Positions 53,460 through 64,000 are shown, counted from the stretch's first letter. The stretch is 64,000 bases of DNA from an uncultured delta proteobacterium (GCA_963733195.1 CAVTCR010000063.1:1-64000), one strand, 5' to 3'. Notes: generated from the sequence alone by a model not told the origin. Made by a program: numbers and translations.

Positions 53460-56400
53460 AGATATCCCTCAACTCTTCCAACAATTCCTTCGCCTCTTGC
53501 AAATCTTTCGTATCGAATCCTTCAGTGAACCAGTTGTAGATCTCTGACAACATCTTGTGAGCTTCTTGTCGTCTTTCCTTGCTGCTGCCACAGGCGGCGC
53601 GAGGCTCATAGACTGCTCGCAGCTCCAGCGACTTCGCTTGTTGCTTGCGCGCAATCTCGATGGCTTTGAGGAAACACGCTCGGCTTCGCCTGGGGGTCGG
53701 GGTCAGGGGTGGGGATCGGTTCTTGACTTTTGATTGCTTTTGATCTTGGACTAGACTCTAGACTTTGGACTCTGGACTGGGCGAGCGTAAGCTCGCCTTT
53801 CAGCCGATACAGCTCGGCCTCGTAGAAACGCTCCCCAGTTTTGTCCACCACAGCCAGCGCTTCGGCCAGCACAGCTGAGCCCTTCCTCTGCCTGCCCTAC
53901 TTTCCCATACGCCTCGGCCAGCAGGGCAAGACAATACGGCCGAAACAGCTCTGCTCCCGTGGCCCGACAGGCAGCCAGGCCCTGGCTGCATCTGAGCAAT
54001 GCCTTCTTCTCCCTGGCCTTGCTCGGCCAGCGCCCAGCCCCGCACGATCGTCCCATGCGCCAACAAGAACGGAAACCCCTGCTCGGTTGAGAGTGTTATT
54101 AGCTGCCTCTGCCCGCTCTCGGGCTGCCTGCCCTCCCGGCGGAACTGATGGAGCACAGGCAGCACAGATCAAGGCATAAGCTAAGCTGTAGGGATGAGAC
54201 AGCTCCTGGGCCAAGGTCGAGCGCCTCGTGGACTTCTCTTGAGGGCTTGGTCCGGATAGCCAAGATGCCACAGGGCATAGGCCGCATAGCGATAGGCAAA
54301 CCACTCCAGGATCCTGTCCCATAGAAGAGAGACAAAGGAGTGGTGCTTCTGAGGGTCATAGAGGGCAATCCCTTGCTCTAAATGCTGCTCGGGCTAGAGC
54401 AAACTCTCCCAGGAAGATACAAGGTCTACCCCAGCGCATGGTGGGCCTCCACGAGGAGAGCTGGGTCTTGCACACTTTGGGCCAAGCTGCAAGCAGCTGC
54501 TCTCGCCAGCTCACGGGCCGTCTGTAACTCTCGCCCGCGTATAGATAAAACACCGACAGGCCAAACAGCACCGGGAAGAGCTGAGGAGTTTCCCCTACCT
54601 GCTGGCACAGCTCGCGCGCCCGGGTGTAAGTTTTTTCCACTTCTGGGGCCGCAAAGCCCTTGGTGGCGATCAGCGGCGCACCCAGGGCGAGTTGCAGGGT
54701 GAGTTCTTGCTGGACGCGCTCGGGAGTGTCGGGCAGGGTCTTGAGCAACTCCAGCCCCTTGGTGAGGTGACTGATCGCTTCCACATAGGCCGAGCGCTGG
54801 CTGGCTCGCTGACCTGCTCTGCTGCCAATAGGGAAGGGCCTGCGCGATGAGACCCGCTTCGGTGTAGTGATGCGCCACTAATTCTGGTTGGGTCTCTTTG
54901 GTCTCTGGAAACCGCTCCTCGAAGACCTGAGCTATCTGGTGGTGATACTGCTGACGTTTGCTTTTGAGCAGCGATTGATATGCGGTCTCTTGCACCAGCG
55001 CATGCTTGAAGAGATAGGTCGCCTGCGGTGGCAGCCCGCGCTGATAGAGAAGCTCCGCCGCGACTAACTTGCTTAACTCTTGCTGCAACGCTGCCTCGGT
55101 GAGCGGTGAGACCGCACTCAATAACTCGTAGGTTAGTTCGCGTCCCACCACCGCCCCTTGTTGCGCTACCTCTTTGGCGGTCCCTAGCCGATCCAGCCGG
55201 GCCATGAGCGCATCTTGCAGGGTGGAAGGAATCCCTAACGATACGGCGCACATGCTGCCCTCTCAGTTTTCCTTCCTGTCCCCCGTCCCCTGTAACCTGT
55301 TCCCTCGGACTCGACGACAATCTTCGTCAGCTCTTCGACGAACAGCGGGACTCCATCCGTCTTGGCGACAATCTGCTGCAGGACTTCAGACGGCAGCGCT
55401 TTCCCACCGGTGAGCTGCTCGACGATGGCGCTGGTCTGCTTGCGTCCTAACCGACTCAGCACGAGGTGACTGACGTGCGAACGCGACGCCCAGGCCGGCG
55501 TAAACTCGGGCCGAAAGGTCAACAGCATGAGCATGCGGGCCGTGGGCACTTGGTCGAGACATAACGCGAGAAACTCTAGGGTAGAGGGGTCTGCCCAGTG
55601 CAGGTCTTCCCAGACGGTGTACACCGTGGCTCGCTCGGCTTCCTCGAACAGCCAGTGTAATAAGGCATCGAGCGTCTTCTGTTTTTGCTGCTGGGGAGTC
55701 AAGGTCAAGGGTGAGAAACCTTCTGGGTGAGGGAGCGACAGCAACGCGGCCAGCAGCGGGACCGTGTCACTCTGCGGGAAACGGTAGCGAGCGAGCGTCT
55801 GTTCCAGTTTCTGGAGCTTGGCTTGAGGTGTATCGCTGGGCGCGAAGTGGAGCACCTGCTGTACATGCTCAATGAGAGGATAGAACGCACTGTTTTGGTG
55901 ATAGGGGGAACAGCGGAACTCAATGCGGACAGCACTGTCTTGGGCGACATGGTCCTTGAGTTCCTGCACGAGCCGGGACTTGCCAATGCCGGCTTCGCCA
56001 CTGAGCAAGACGACTTGGCCTTCGCCATCGGTGGCTTGCTCCCAGCGGCGGCGCAGCAGGGCCAGTTCTTCTTCCCGGCCCACCAAAGGCGTGAGTCCAG
56101 CCTGAACCGCTACGTCAAAGCGGCTCTGGGCTTCGCTCTCCTTCACCACGCGATAGAGCGTCAGGGGAGTTGTTACGCCTTTGAGTTCTGGTTGTCCGCG
56201 GTCTTCACATGCAAACAAGCCTTCGACCAGGCGATAGGTGGCTGCGCTGATCACGACTTCATCGGGCTCGGCTTGCCCTTGGATGCGGGCGGCAAGGTTG
56301 GGTGTCTCGCCTAAGGCCAGCATCTCCCGCTTCTCGCTGCTGCCGATCTCGCCGACGACGACTAACCCGGTGTGAATGCCGATGCGCACTTGTAGTGATT

Positions 56401-57059
56401 TCCCTTCCCCCCTGGCGGGGGAAGGTTAGGATGAGGGGGAAGTGCGGTTACGGCATTGACTTTAGCCCCCTCACCCTGTCCTCCTGTGACTACGCTGAAG
56501 ACTCTCCCGCCAGGGGAGAGGGGACCACTTGTGAGATGGCGATGATAATTTCTAATCCCGCTCGCACGGCACGTTGCGCATCGTCTTCATGGGCGACTGG
56601 ATAACCGAAGTAGACCAGCAACCCATCCCCGAGATGCTGGGCAATGTGCCCTTCGTACCGCCGGATCACCTCCGTGCAGGTCTCTTGGTAGGCGCGCACC
56701 ACTTCGCGCAATTCTTCTGGGTCAAGTTGCGCGGACAGTGCAGTCGAGCCCACGAAATCACAGAACATCACGGTCAATTGCCGCCGCTCCGCGGCGTTCA
56801 GTTGAGAACTGACAACTGTTGGGGACTGGGGGGAACTTGGAACCTGGAACTCGGAACTTGAAACTGGCGAAGCGCCAGTCCAGACCAGAAAGCGTCCGTC
56901 TTCATCGGTTGCGAGTCGCTTGGCACCGATGAGTTCCTCCTTGAGGTCTTCGAGATACTCGTCATCCAGGGTAAACCGCCGCTTTAAGCCCCGGTACGAG
57001 ACCCGTTTCTCGCGCTGCAATAGGTCTTGGACCTGAGAGAGTACTTCATCGAACGTCAT
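53455..57059 (-). pseudogene. adenylate/guanylate cyclase-AAA ATPase-TPR protein, many frameshifts
   Basis: [91 protein letters not shown]. Confidence 0.9.
56401..56524. repeat. palindromic element (CCCC.TGGCGGGG.AGG / CCCTCACCC type) inside the cyclase domain
   Basis: TCCCTTCCCCCCTGGCGGGGGAAGGTTAGGATGAGGGGG ... CCCCCTCACCCTGTCC[20 nt]CTCTCCCGCCAGGGGAGAGGGGA. Confidence 0.85.
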
Positions 57060-57264
57060 GGAGATTCTCCACTTATTCGTTTCGGATACCTGAATAGTGA
57101 GCTATTCGTTCATCTTTCCTTATGGTCCTATTATTCTCACGACTGCCGGTCCGGCGCGAGAGTTGTCAGCGCTATGGATAGCGTGCTGTCTCTCAGCGGT
57201 GAGCGCATCGTACACAAGCAGATGGCAGGCAACTATAGCGGTTTTCAGTGAGACCCAGGCAATG

Positions 57265-57671
57265 TCATTGCTCAAGCAACTCAAGGAACTGGGCTGGCGA
57301 GATGATGCGGACGCTCCGATAGGTTTTGAGGGGAAGCAGATGCTTTTTGTCGCCGGTGACAAGGAACTCGGCCTGAGCAGCAAGCGCACACTCGATGATA
57401 CGGTTGTCGTCATCTTTCGCCGTAACAACAGTGATGCGCTCCGTGGGTTCAACCAACCGAGCAAGAGAGCGAATGAGCCGAACACGCGCAGTCGTTGTTC
57501 TTTCACTAAACCCGAACTTCTCCCGCAAAATACGATCGAGTTCAGCAAGAATGAAAGTAGAAGTAAAGAGTTCGACTTCTCCTCGCCGGGTACGAGAGAG
57601 GATCTGGTCTGGCTTGCTGCTAGGAAAGCTAAAGCGGAGATCAGGACATTAGTATCCAGAACAATCCGCAT
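57265..57671 (-). CDS. PIN-domain putative toxin (frameshift near 57620)
   Basis: MRIVLDTNVLISA; DDDNRIIECA....LVTGDKKHLL. Confidence 0.88.
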
Positions 57672-57683
57672 AGGAGGAGTTGA

Positions 57684-57920
57684 TTATTTGCGAACATCAT
57701 GAACGAGCTGGTCAACATCGTCTTCGGTGCGAATACTAAGTTCCCGCGCTCGTGCAGCAGTCTTGTGTTGCAGCTTCCGCCAGCGTCGCTCTTCCAAGTA
57801 GAAGCGCAGTGCCTCCCGAAGGATGTCGCTTTTGGAGCGCCGTTCTTCCTGCGCTGTACGTTCAGCTTCGCGCTCGAGTTGGGGGGGAAGCGATACTGTC
57901 CAAGTCTTTGTCGTGCGCAT
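57684..57920 (-). CDS. CopG/RHH antitoxin
   Basis: MRTTKTWTVSLPP...RSKSDILREALRFY; directly upstream of PIN gene. Confidence 0.88.
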   Translation of the reverse strand: MRTTKTWTVSLPPQLEREAERTAQEERRSKSDILREALRFYLEERRWRKLQHKTAARARELSIRTEDDVDQLVHDVRK

Positions 57921-57959
57921 TGCGCGATCTCCTCTGTAAGAAACGTAGCGAGTCCTCCT

Positions 57960-58140
57960 ATGGCTCGCAAGTGCAAAAAGGAGCAACGTTGACCTCCAGA
58001 CCGCGGATTTTTCGTCCTACCGGTGTGGCTGCCTGTTAGTGCTCTCCTTGGCTACGTTGGAAGATGCTCAGCAACAGCCGACCAGCTTCCAGTATTTTTA
58101 CGACGACCTTGGGCAACTGGTGAAGGTCGTCGATGCTGAG
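57960..58140 (+). pseudogene. YD/RHS-repeat protein N-terminal remnant
   Basis: fragment AQQQPTSFQYFYDDLGQLVKVVD. Confidence 0.5.
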
Positions 58141-58936
58141 CTATTTCTCCTGTCTGAATAACTCACGGCTAACCCCTCACCCGGGTCCATCTGAATGCCG
58201 TAATTGGGGATCGGATAGCGTAGCCCTGCTTTGGAGAGCATTTCTAAGCCCTCAATTCACCTGGTAATAGCTGCGGTCGTAGGGCCATCAACATTTCATC
58301 ATCTGCCACGCCTCCGTATCGTCGTTCTGCGTAACACGGGATCGAGAGCGATGGCTCTCCGGTGGCGAGCGCGCAGCCCCACGAATCCGAACATGCACTC
58401 TCGCCCACCACACCAAACTGATAGCGCTTATATCCTTTCCATTGCAGACCGTTGATAAAGAGGATCATCTGTCCTGGCGTGCCATAGATTAGCGCGATGT
58501 CTGGTGGGTCAAGACGACCTGATGCGAGTGGAGAAACGGCCATCGCATTGTACTTGCCTGGTGCAACTCGGGTCATCGCTTGCTGATGTTTCGCGGCCTC
58601 TTCTTTGTCCTTGAACCAAACGCCCGCCATTTGGGTGCCGTCTAACGTACTGGGTGGAACTGGCTTCAAGCCGATCACTGCTCCGCAATTGCCAGGCATG
58701 AGGTTGTCGATGGTTACGCCAACCGTCCATCCCACTTGTCGTGCCTGAGTCACAATCTGACAAGTTGTGTGATGCTTCTTAGGGCGGCGAATCTTGGGAA
58801 TGGCTTCCATTGCTTCAACCGTTTCAAAAAGCTTCATGCCGATTGGGAGCGTGCGTAGCCGTAACAGGCTTTGCAGCTTATCGCTGACTTCTTTCCAATC
58901 AATGTGTTCGTTAGTTGTTGGGGTTAGGTCCGCCAT
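58141..58936 (-). CDS. DUF169-family protein (frameshift near 58260)
   Basis: LRLRTLPIGMK, TTCQIVTQAR, PDIALIYGTPGQ, GESACSDSW, SIPCYAER. Confidence 0.8.
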
Positions 58937-59058
58937 AGTGCACTCCTTTTATTCCCGCTCCTCTAACAGATTTCCCCTCACCTTGCAAGAGGGGACAGAT
59001 GGATAGTCAAGGAAAGAACCCGCTAAGTTTCTATTTTGAATGTAAGGAGGGGACACCA

Positions 59059-60228
59059 ATGGACTCGCTCCGTGGAAAAGTAGCGATTGTCGGTGCGGCT
59101 GATACTGAAGTAGGAGTCGTTCCGCAGCTCAGTGCTACACAACTGTATGTCAAAGGAGCAAAGCTCGCGCTCGAAGATGCAGGGATTACGAAAGCTGACG
59201 TCGATGGCCTGATTACCTGTACCTCATTTGTCGAGCCGTATATGTATCATGCTGAGATGATCGCTGAGTACATGCAGATCTTCCCGCGCTATTGCCTCAA
59301 CGTTGCGACCGGAGGCGGGACGACGTTGGCGATCATGCACCACGCCGCGTCGGCGATTGCGACCGGTGTGTGTAATACGGTGCTCATCACGATGGCTGAC
59401 AATATGCTCTCTGGCCTCTCGCGTGACAGAGCGATTGAGGCAATGTCTACGGCTGGTCACGCTCAGTTTGAGCGACCCTATGGTCCGCCTATTCCCGGTT
59501 TCTACGCGATGCTGGCTCAAGCGCATATGCATCAATACGGCACAACCAGTGAACAACTGGCTGCGGTTGCGGTTGCGTGCAGAAAGCATGCCTCGATGAA
59601 TCCCGCAGCACAGATGCGTCAGCCGATTACGATTGACGATGTGCTCAACTCGAAGATGATCGCGCATCCACTTCACTTGCTTGACTGTTCGCTGGTCTCA
59701 GATGGTGGTGCGGCAGTCATTATGACCTCAGCGGAACGAGCGAAAGACTTCAAGAAGAAACCGGTCTACATGCTTGGTGTCGGAGAAGGGCATTCGCACG
59801 AACATGTGAGTCAAGCACAGAGCCTGACCACCTCGGCAGCGAAAGAAGCCGGTGAACGCGCATATGCGATGGCTGGTCTTGGACCGAAAGATATGGATGT
59901 GGCGGAGTTGTACGATTGTTTTACGCCGGTGGTGATTATTGAACTGGAAGACTTGGGGTTCTGCCCGAAAGGCGAGGGTGGACGATTTGTTGAAGGTGGC
60001 CGTATCGAGCTTGGTGGAGAACTTCCTATCAATACGCATGGTGGTTTAATGTCGCATTGTCATCCAGGACATCCAGGGTCGCTCTTCTCGATTACAGAAG
60101 CAGTACGCCAACTGCGTGGCGAGTGTGGACCCCGGCAGGTGAAAGATGTCGAAGTTGCTTTTGTCCATGGTCAGGGCGGGATTATGTCTACGCACTGTTC
60201 AATGATCCTGGGAAAGGAGCGAAACTAA
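59059..60228 (+). CDS. thiolase-like protein (SCP2/Ltp2 type)
   Basis: AIVGAADT, HASMNPAA, LLDCSLVSDGG, ELYDCFT, PINTHGGLMS, VRQLRGE. Confidence 0.92.
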   Translation: MDSLRGKVAIVGAADTEVGVVPQLSATQLYVKGAKLALEDAGITKADVDGLITCTSFVEPYMYHAEMIAEYMQIFPRYCLNVATGGGTTLAIMHHAASAIATGVCNTVLITMADNMLSGLSRDRAIEAMSTAGHAQFERPYGPPIPGFYAMLAQAHMHQYGTTSEQLAAVAVACRKHASMNPAAQMRQPITIDDVLNSKMIAHPLHLLDCSLVSDGGAAVIMTSAERAKDFKKKPVYMLGVGEGHSHEHVSQAQSLTTSAAKEAGERAYAMAGLGPKDMDVAELYDCFTPVVIIELEDLGFCPKGEGGRFVEGGRIELGGELPINTHGGLMSHCHPGHPGSLFSITEAVRQLRGECGPRQVKDVEVAFVHGQGGIMSTHCSMILGKERN

Positions 60229-60638
60229 TGGCCGCACCAGGAGTGAAACCAGTTCCTGTTCCTACCAAAGAAACCAAGCCGTATTGGGATGGCTGCAAAA
60301 AGCACGAGCTTCACATCCAGAAGTGCACAGCGTGTAGTCACCATCAGTTCTACCCGCGGTTGTACTGCACATCCTGTATGAGTGACAAAGTCGAATGGGT
60401 GAAAGCGTCGGGTCGAGCGAAGGTCCTCTCGTTCACTATTGTCTATCGACCAGTCACCCAAGCCTTCTCTGGCGATGTGCCCTATGTCGTGGCCTTGGTC
60501 ACCTTAGATGAAGGGCCGCAAATGATGACCAATATCGTTGGTTGTCCGCCAGAACAAGTAAAGATTGGCATGCCGGTACAAGTGACGTTTGAGGATTGGA
60601 CGGAAGAGATTTCAGTGCCGAAATTCAAACCGGTATAA
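60228..60638 (+). CDS. DUF35-type Zn-ribbon/OB-fold protein
   Basis: QKCTAC...YPRLYCTSC, PYVVALVTLDEGP; TAATG overlap with the thiolase-like gene. Confidence 0.93.
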   Translation: MAAPGVKPVPVPTKETKPYWDGCKKHELHIQKCTACSHHQFYPRLYCTSCMSDKVEWVKASGRAKVLSFTIVYRPVTQAFSGDVPYVVALVTLDEGPQMMTNIVGCPPEQVKIGMPVQVTFEDWTEEISVPKFKPV

Positions 60639-60695
60639 CTCTGCTCCAACTGACATCCCACCAGGCTGAAAAGGGGAAATGGCGAAGTGAAGAAT

Positions 60696-60750
60696 GTAGG
60701 GCGTGCTATGCGCGCCGGGTAACTTGGGGGGCGCACAGCGTGCGCCCTTA
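60696..60750. repeat. GTAG-type REP inverted pair
   Basis: GTAGGGCGTGCTATGCGCGCC ... GGGGCGCACAGCGTGCGCCCTTA. Confidence 0.7.
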
Positions 60751-60770
60751 TCCTTAGTAAGGAGAGAGTT

Positions 60771-62247
60771 ATGCCCTACGATCTCATCATCCGTAATGGA
60801 ACTATCATCGATGGTACTGGCCGCCCTGGACAAGCAGCTGACGTTGCTATGCAAGACAACCGTATTGCTGCTGTTGGCACGGTGAGTGAAGAAGCGAAAA
60901 AGACGATTAATGCGACAGGACGAGTTGTTTCTCCGGGCTTTATCGACGTTCATTCCCACGACGATTTTGCCTTACTCGATCGTCCACTCTGTGACTTCAA
61001 GATCATGCAAGGTGTGACGACTGAGGTCATTGGTAACTGCGGGTTTGGTGCGGCACCGGCGAGTGCGGCGTATAAAGAGTTTTTGCAAGGATTTGGTGCT
61101 GTGTTATTTGGTCCGCTAGGCCAGTTCGCTTGGGAAACCACGGACGAATTCTTTCGTTTGCTTGAGGCTCATCCTCCATCGGTTAACGTGGTCGCCCAGA
61201 TTCCGCATGCTGCTGTGCGTTATGGCGTACTGGGAAGCGAGAAACGACCGCCAACCGCGCAAGAGTTGAGTCGGATGCAAGCGTTAGTCCGTGAAGGAAT
61301 GGAAGCCGGTGCGGTTGGGTTATCAACCGGACTCTACTATCTGCCGCATACGCAAACCGAAGAAGTGATAGCGCTCGCGAAAATAGTTGCAGAGTATCGC
61401 GGTCTCTATGCCACCCACATGCGTAATGAAGCCGGCCATCTACTTGATTCGATCACCGAGACTCTCCGCATTGGCGAAGAAGCGGAAGTGCCGGTGCAGA
61501 TTTCTCACCACAAAGCGATGGGTCGTAAGAACTGGGGGAAAGTTGTTGAGAGCTTGGCCTTAGTTGAGCAGGCCCGTCAGCGTGGTCAGGATGTGACGTC
61601 AGATGCTTACCCGTATGTTGCCGGCAGCACGACTCTCGCCGCGCTGGCGAGCGGCGGATCGTTGGAGCTGGTGTCTCCCGCAGACGTATTGATTGCTTCG
61701 ACCCCGAACAAGCACGAGTATGAAGGTAAAACTCTGGACGAGATCTGCCGTCTCCTGGAAAAACCACTTGATCAGGTGGTGAAAGACATTCTTGCTGAAG
61801 AAGGGGAAGGGGTAGTGGCGGTGATCTTCGGTATGGAGGAGACCGATGTTCGTCGTGTCCTTGCGCATCCCACAACGATGATCGGTTCTGATGGCATTCC
61901 CTCAGTCGAAGGCAAACCGCATCCGCGTCTCTACGGGACCTTTGCTAAGGTGCTTAGGGACTTACGCACGTGACGAGCGGTTGTTCTCTCTCGAAGAAGC
62001 GATCCATCGTATGACTGGTCTTCCTGCCCAGAAGTTTCGCCTCACCGATCGTGGTGTCATTCGTGAAGGTGCGTACGCTGACCTGGTTGTTTTCGATCCA
62101 CACACGGTCGCTGATGTCGGTACTTATCAAGAGCCACGTCGTTATCCACCAGGCATCGATTACGTCATCGTCAACGGCAAGATTACTGCTGACCGTGGGC
62201 GGCATACCGGTGAACGCAACGGGCAGATGTTGAGGCAAAAAAAATAG
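60771..62247 (+). CDS. N-acyl-D-amino-acid deacylase (frameshift near 61955)
   Basis: PGFIDVHSHDD, GNCG, STGLYY, THMRNE, ISHHK, GSDG, HPRLYGTF, ADLVVFDP. Confidence 0.92.
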
Positions 62248-62257
62248 GGTACAGCCG

Positions 62258-63073
62258 TCAGTACCAAATCTCCATTCGCAATCGTTTGTGATCAACCGGT
62301 GGATCTACTGGGATGCGGCTGGCCTGATCGTTAGCGATGCGGAAGGCAGTCCAAGCGAGGACGTAGGCGTCGAGTATATCGTCGGGGGCGGCTTGAGAGC
62401 GGTTGAAAGGTAACGCAGATAGAAACATTTCGTGAAGAGAGGTTGTGTCATTCTGAAAGGAGCGGAGCGGAGTGAAGAATCTCTCTTGGGGGTATCGAAG
62501 GGAGGGATTCTTCGCTTCGCTCAGAATGACATTTCCGTGCTTGACGTTTGCTCTATAAGGGACCAGCCAATGACTAAGCACCTGTAATCGCTCCTCCCGG
62601 CCTTCTCGTGTCTTCTTGTTATATTGCATCGGTGTATTAGCTAGTGACATGAACGCCAACTCGGGATGGGTTTCGTGGATGCGCTTTTGTAACTCTGGCG
62701 TCATCAATCGATCGACTTCGCGAATCTTCGGCAGGATGTTGAACGCTTGGATACTCAAGCCTTGGGTGCGAACTTGTTCGTAGTGTGTCGCTTGCAGCAT
62801 CGGACGAGTAGGGGGAGAAAAAATGCTGCTGGCTCTGCGACCCAGGAATTTGCGGGCTTGTCGATCGCATTCCCGTCCTCCCGGTTGCCATGCATCGAGT
62901 AGACCGATGGGAATATCGATGGCAATCACTGCCGGTTGAGGGTCAAGCGCGAGAACGTCAGCAAAGGTGGGGCAGAGTATGACGTGATGATCCCGTAAAC
63001 TTCCGCCCTCGTGTTTGAGGAGTACGACGATCCAACCACCACGACAGCCATCTACGCCTGCGACCCGTGTCAT
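62258..63073 (-). CDS. DUF429 (predicted RNase H-like nuclease) protein with in-frame palindromic insert
   Basis: VAGVDGCRGGW, IDIPIGL, ETHPEL, DDILDA. Confidence 0.88.
   Translation of the reverse strand: MTRVAGVDGCRGGWIVVLLKHEGGSLRDHHVILCPTFADVLALDPQPAVIAIDIPIGLLDAWQPGGRECDRQARKFLGRRASSIFSPPTRPMLQATHYEQVRTQGLSIQAFNILPKIREVDRLMTPELQKRIHETHPELAFMSLANTPMQYNKKTREGREERLQVLSHWLVPYRANVKHGNVILSEAKNPSLRYPQERFFTPLRSFQNDTTSLHEMFLSALPFNRSQAAPDDILDAYVLAWTAFRIANDQASRIPVDPPVDHKRLRMEIWY
62446..62531. repeat. 86-bp palindromic element with perfect 11-bp ends TGTCATTCTGA/TCAGAATGACA
   Basis: internal GAGTGAAGAATC...GATTCTTCGCTTCGC; translated as VILSEAKNP...RFFTPLRSFQND. Confidence 0.9.
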
Positions 63074-63088
63074 ATTTGCAAAAGCGAC

Positions 63089-63186
63089 CGGTACGAATAG
63101 CGCACCCTACAATTTCCGTTCGGAGGATGGCATTGGATGTACAACTCCTTTCAGAAAATGCTTGCTGCTACAAACCTCGTCCCTAC
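63089..63186 (-). repeat. GTAG-type REP remnants
   Basis: GTAGGGTGCGCTATTCGTACCG (63089-63110) and GTAGGGACGAGGTTTG (about 63171-63186) on the minus strand. Confidence 0.55.
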
Positions 63187-63281
63187 TCTACCACAAGTAA
63201 CTCCTTGATTTTCCGTCCCTCTGCTCTCTCGTATCTTCTGGTATAGATTGTGCGCTCTGTGATGGTTGAGAGGGAGCAACT

Positions 63282-64000
63282 ATGAGTATTACGCTGATTG
63301 TTCTTGGTACTGGCATTGTCATGATGATATGTGAGGTTGCACGTCCAGGCCGGTCGTGGCCGCAGGTGGCTGGGTGGTGGACCCGAGCGGCCCTGTTGAA
63401 TGGTCTCCAGGGCGTTATGGTGTTCATTGCTGGCGTTACTTGGGATCGTTGGTTGATCGAGCATCGCTTGTGGTCGGCTGATACGCTGGGCATTACTGGT
63501 GGTGCAATCGCCGGTTATCTGACTATCACGTTTATCTATTATTGGTGGCATCGCTGGCGACATGAAGTTCCGTTATTGTGGCGTTGGTTTCACCAAGTAC
63601 ACCATAGCCCGCAACGGATCGAAATCATCACCAGCTTCTACAAACACCCTTTGAACTTCTCGCCAACAGCATTCTGTCGAGCGCTATTCTCTACTTGTTA
63701 GTTGGCGTCGGTCCAGCAGCTGCAGCCCAAGCTGTTCTCATTAGTGGTCTGGCCGAATTGTTCTACCATTGGAACGTACGTACGCCGTACTGGCTTGGTT
63801 ATGTTTTCCAGCGACCGGAGAGTCATTGTGTCCATCATCAGCAAGGACTCCACTCCTATAACTTTGCAGATCTGCCAATATGGGACATGCTGTTCGGGAC
63901 GTTCCGTAATCCAGCGCAGTGGCAGGAACGCTGCGGGTTTGGGCCTGACCGAGAGTATCGACTTGGAGAGATGCTACTTGGTGTTGATGTGAATCTGACT
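63282..64000 (+). CDS. sterol desaturase/fatty-acid hydroxylase family (frameshift near 63655; runs off window)
   Basis: His boxes YWWHRWRH, FHQVHHS, then HWN and HCVHH in the shifted frame, WDMLFGT. Confidence 0.88.

Overview
Bacterial chromosome segment, probably from an uncultured deltaproteobacterium-like organism (Binatia-like gene content; an inference only). It has many 1-bp frameshifts outside the core block, which look like uncorrected long-read errors or decay. Contents: (i) 1-20 kb accessory catabolic genes (esterase, family III CoA-transferase, crotonase, two aldo/keto reductases, thiolase-like + DUF35 pair, nitroreductase, CMD/AhpD-like, cupins), a frameshifted AAA-TPR (STAND-like) gene, HicB, an AbrB-VapC pair and several IS remnants (IS630, IS256, IS701-like, another DDE IS, RAYT fragment); (ii) 20-30 kb envelope/stress genes (two stand-alone response regulators, OmpA, CPA1 antiporter, DUF4157, AsmA, rhomboid); (iii) 30.4-40.3 kb type I R-M island (hsdM-hsdS-four-helix-bundle-AlbA_2/HATPase-hsdR-M48) next to the 3' end of tRNA-Ala(CGC); (iv) 41-52.5 kb intact core genes (TonB-like, tatA, plsC, rnj, ftsK, lolA, SDR, malic enzyme); (v) 52.5-64 kb cyclase-AAA-TPR gene, RHH-PIN pair, DUF169, second thiolase-like/DUF35 pair, D-aminoacylase, DUF429, sterol desaturase. 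The most striking unexplained signal is a family of degenerate 7-nt (and 8-nt) tandem arrays. In the R-M island a four-helix-bundle (IVP/Avd-like) gene is enclosed by complementary inverted heptamer arrays. An 'empty' 4+4-unit hairpin of the same heptamer sits at the hsdM/hsdS junction and a further array lies in-frame inside hsdM. Related arrays and REP-like palindromes occur inside several other coding regions.
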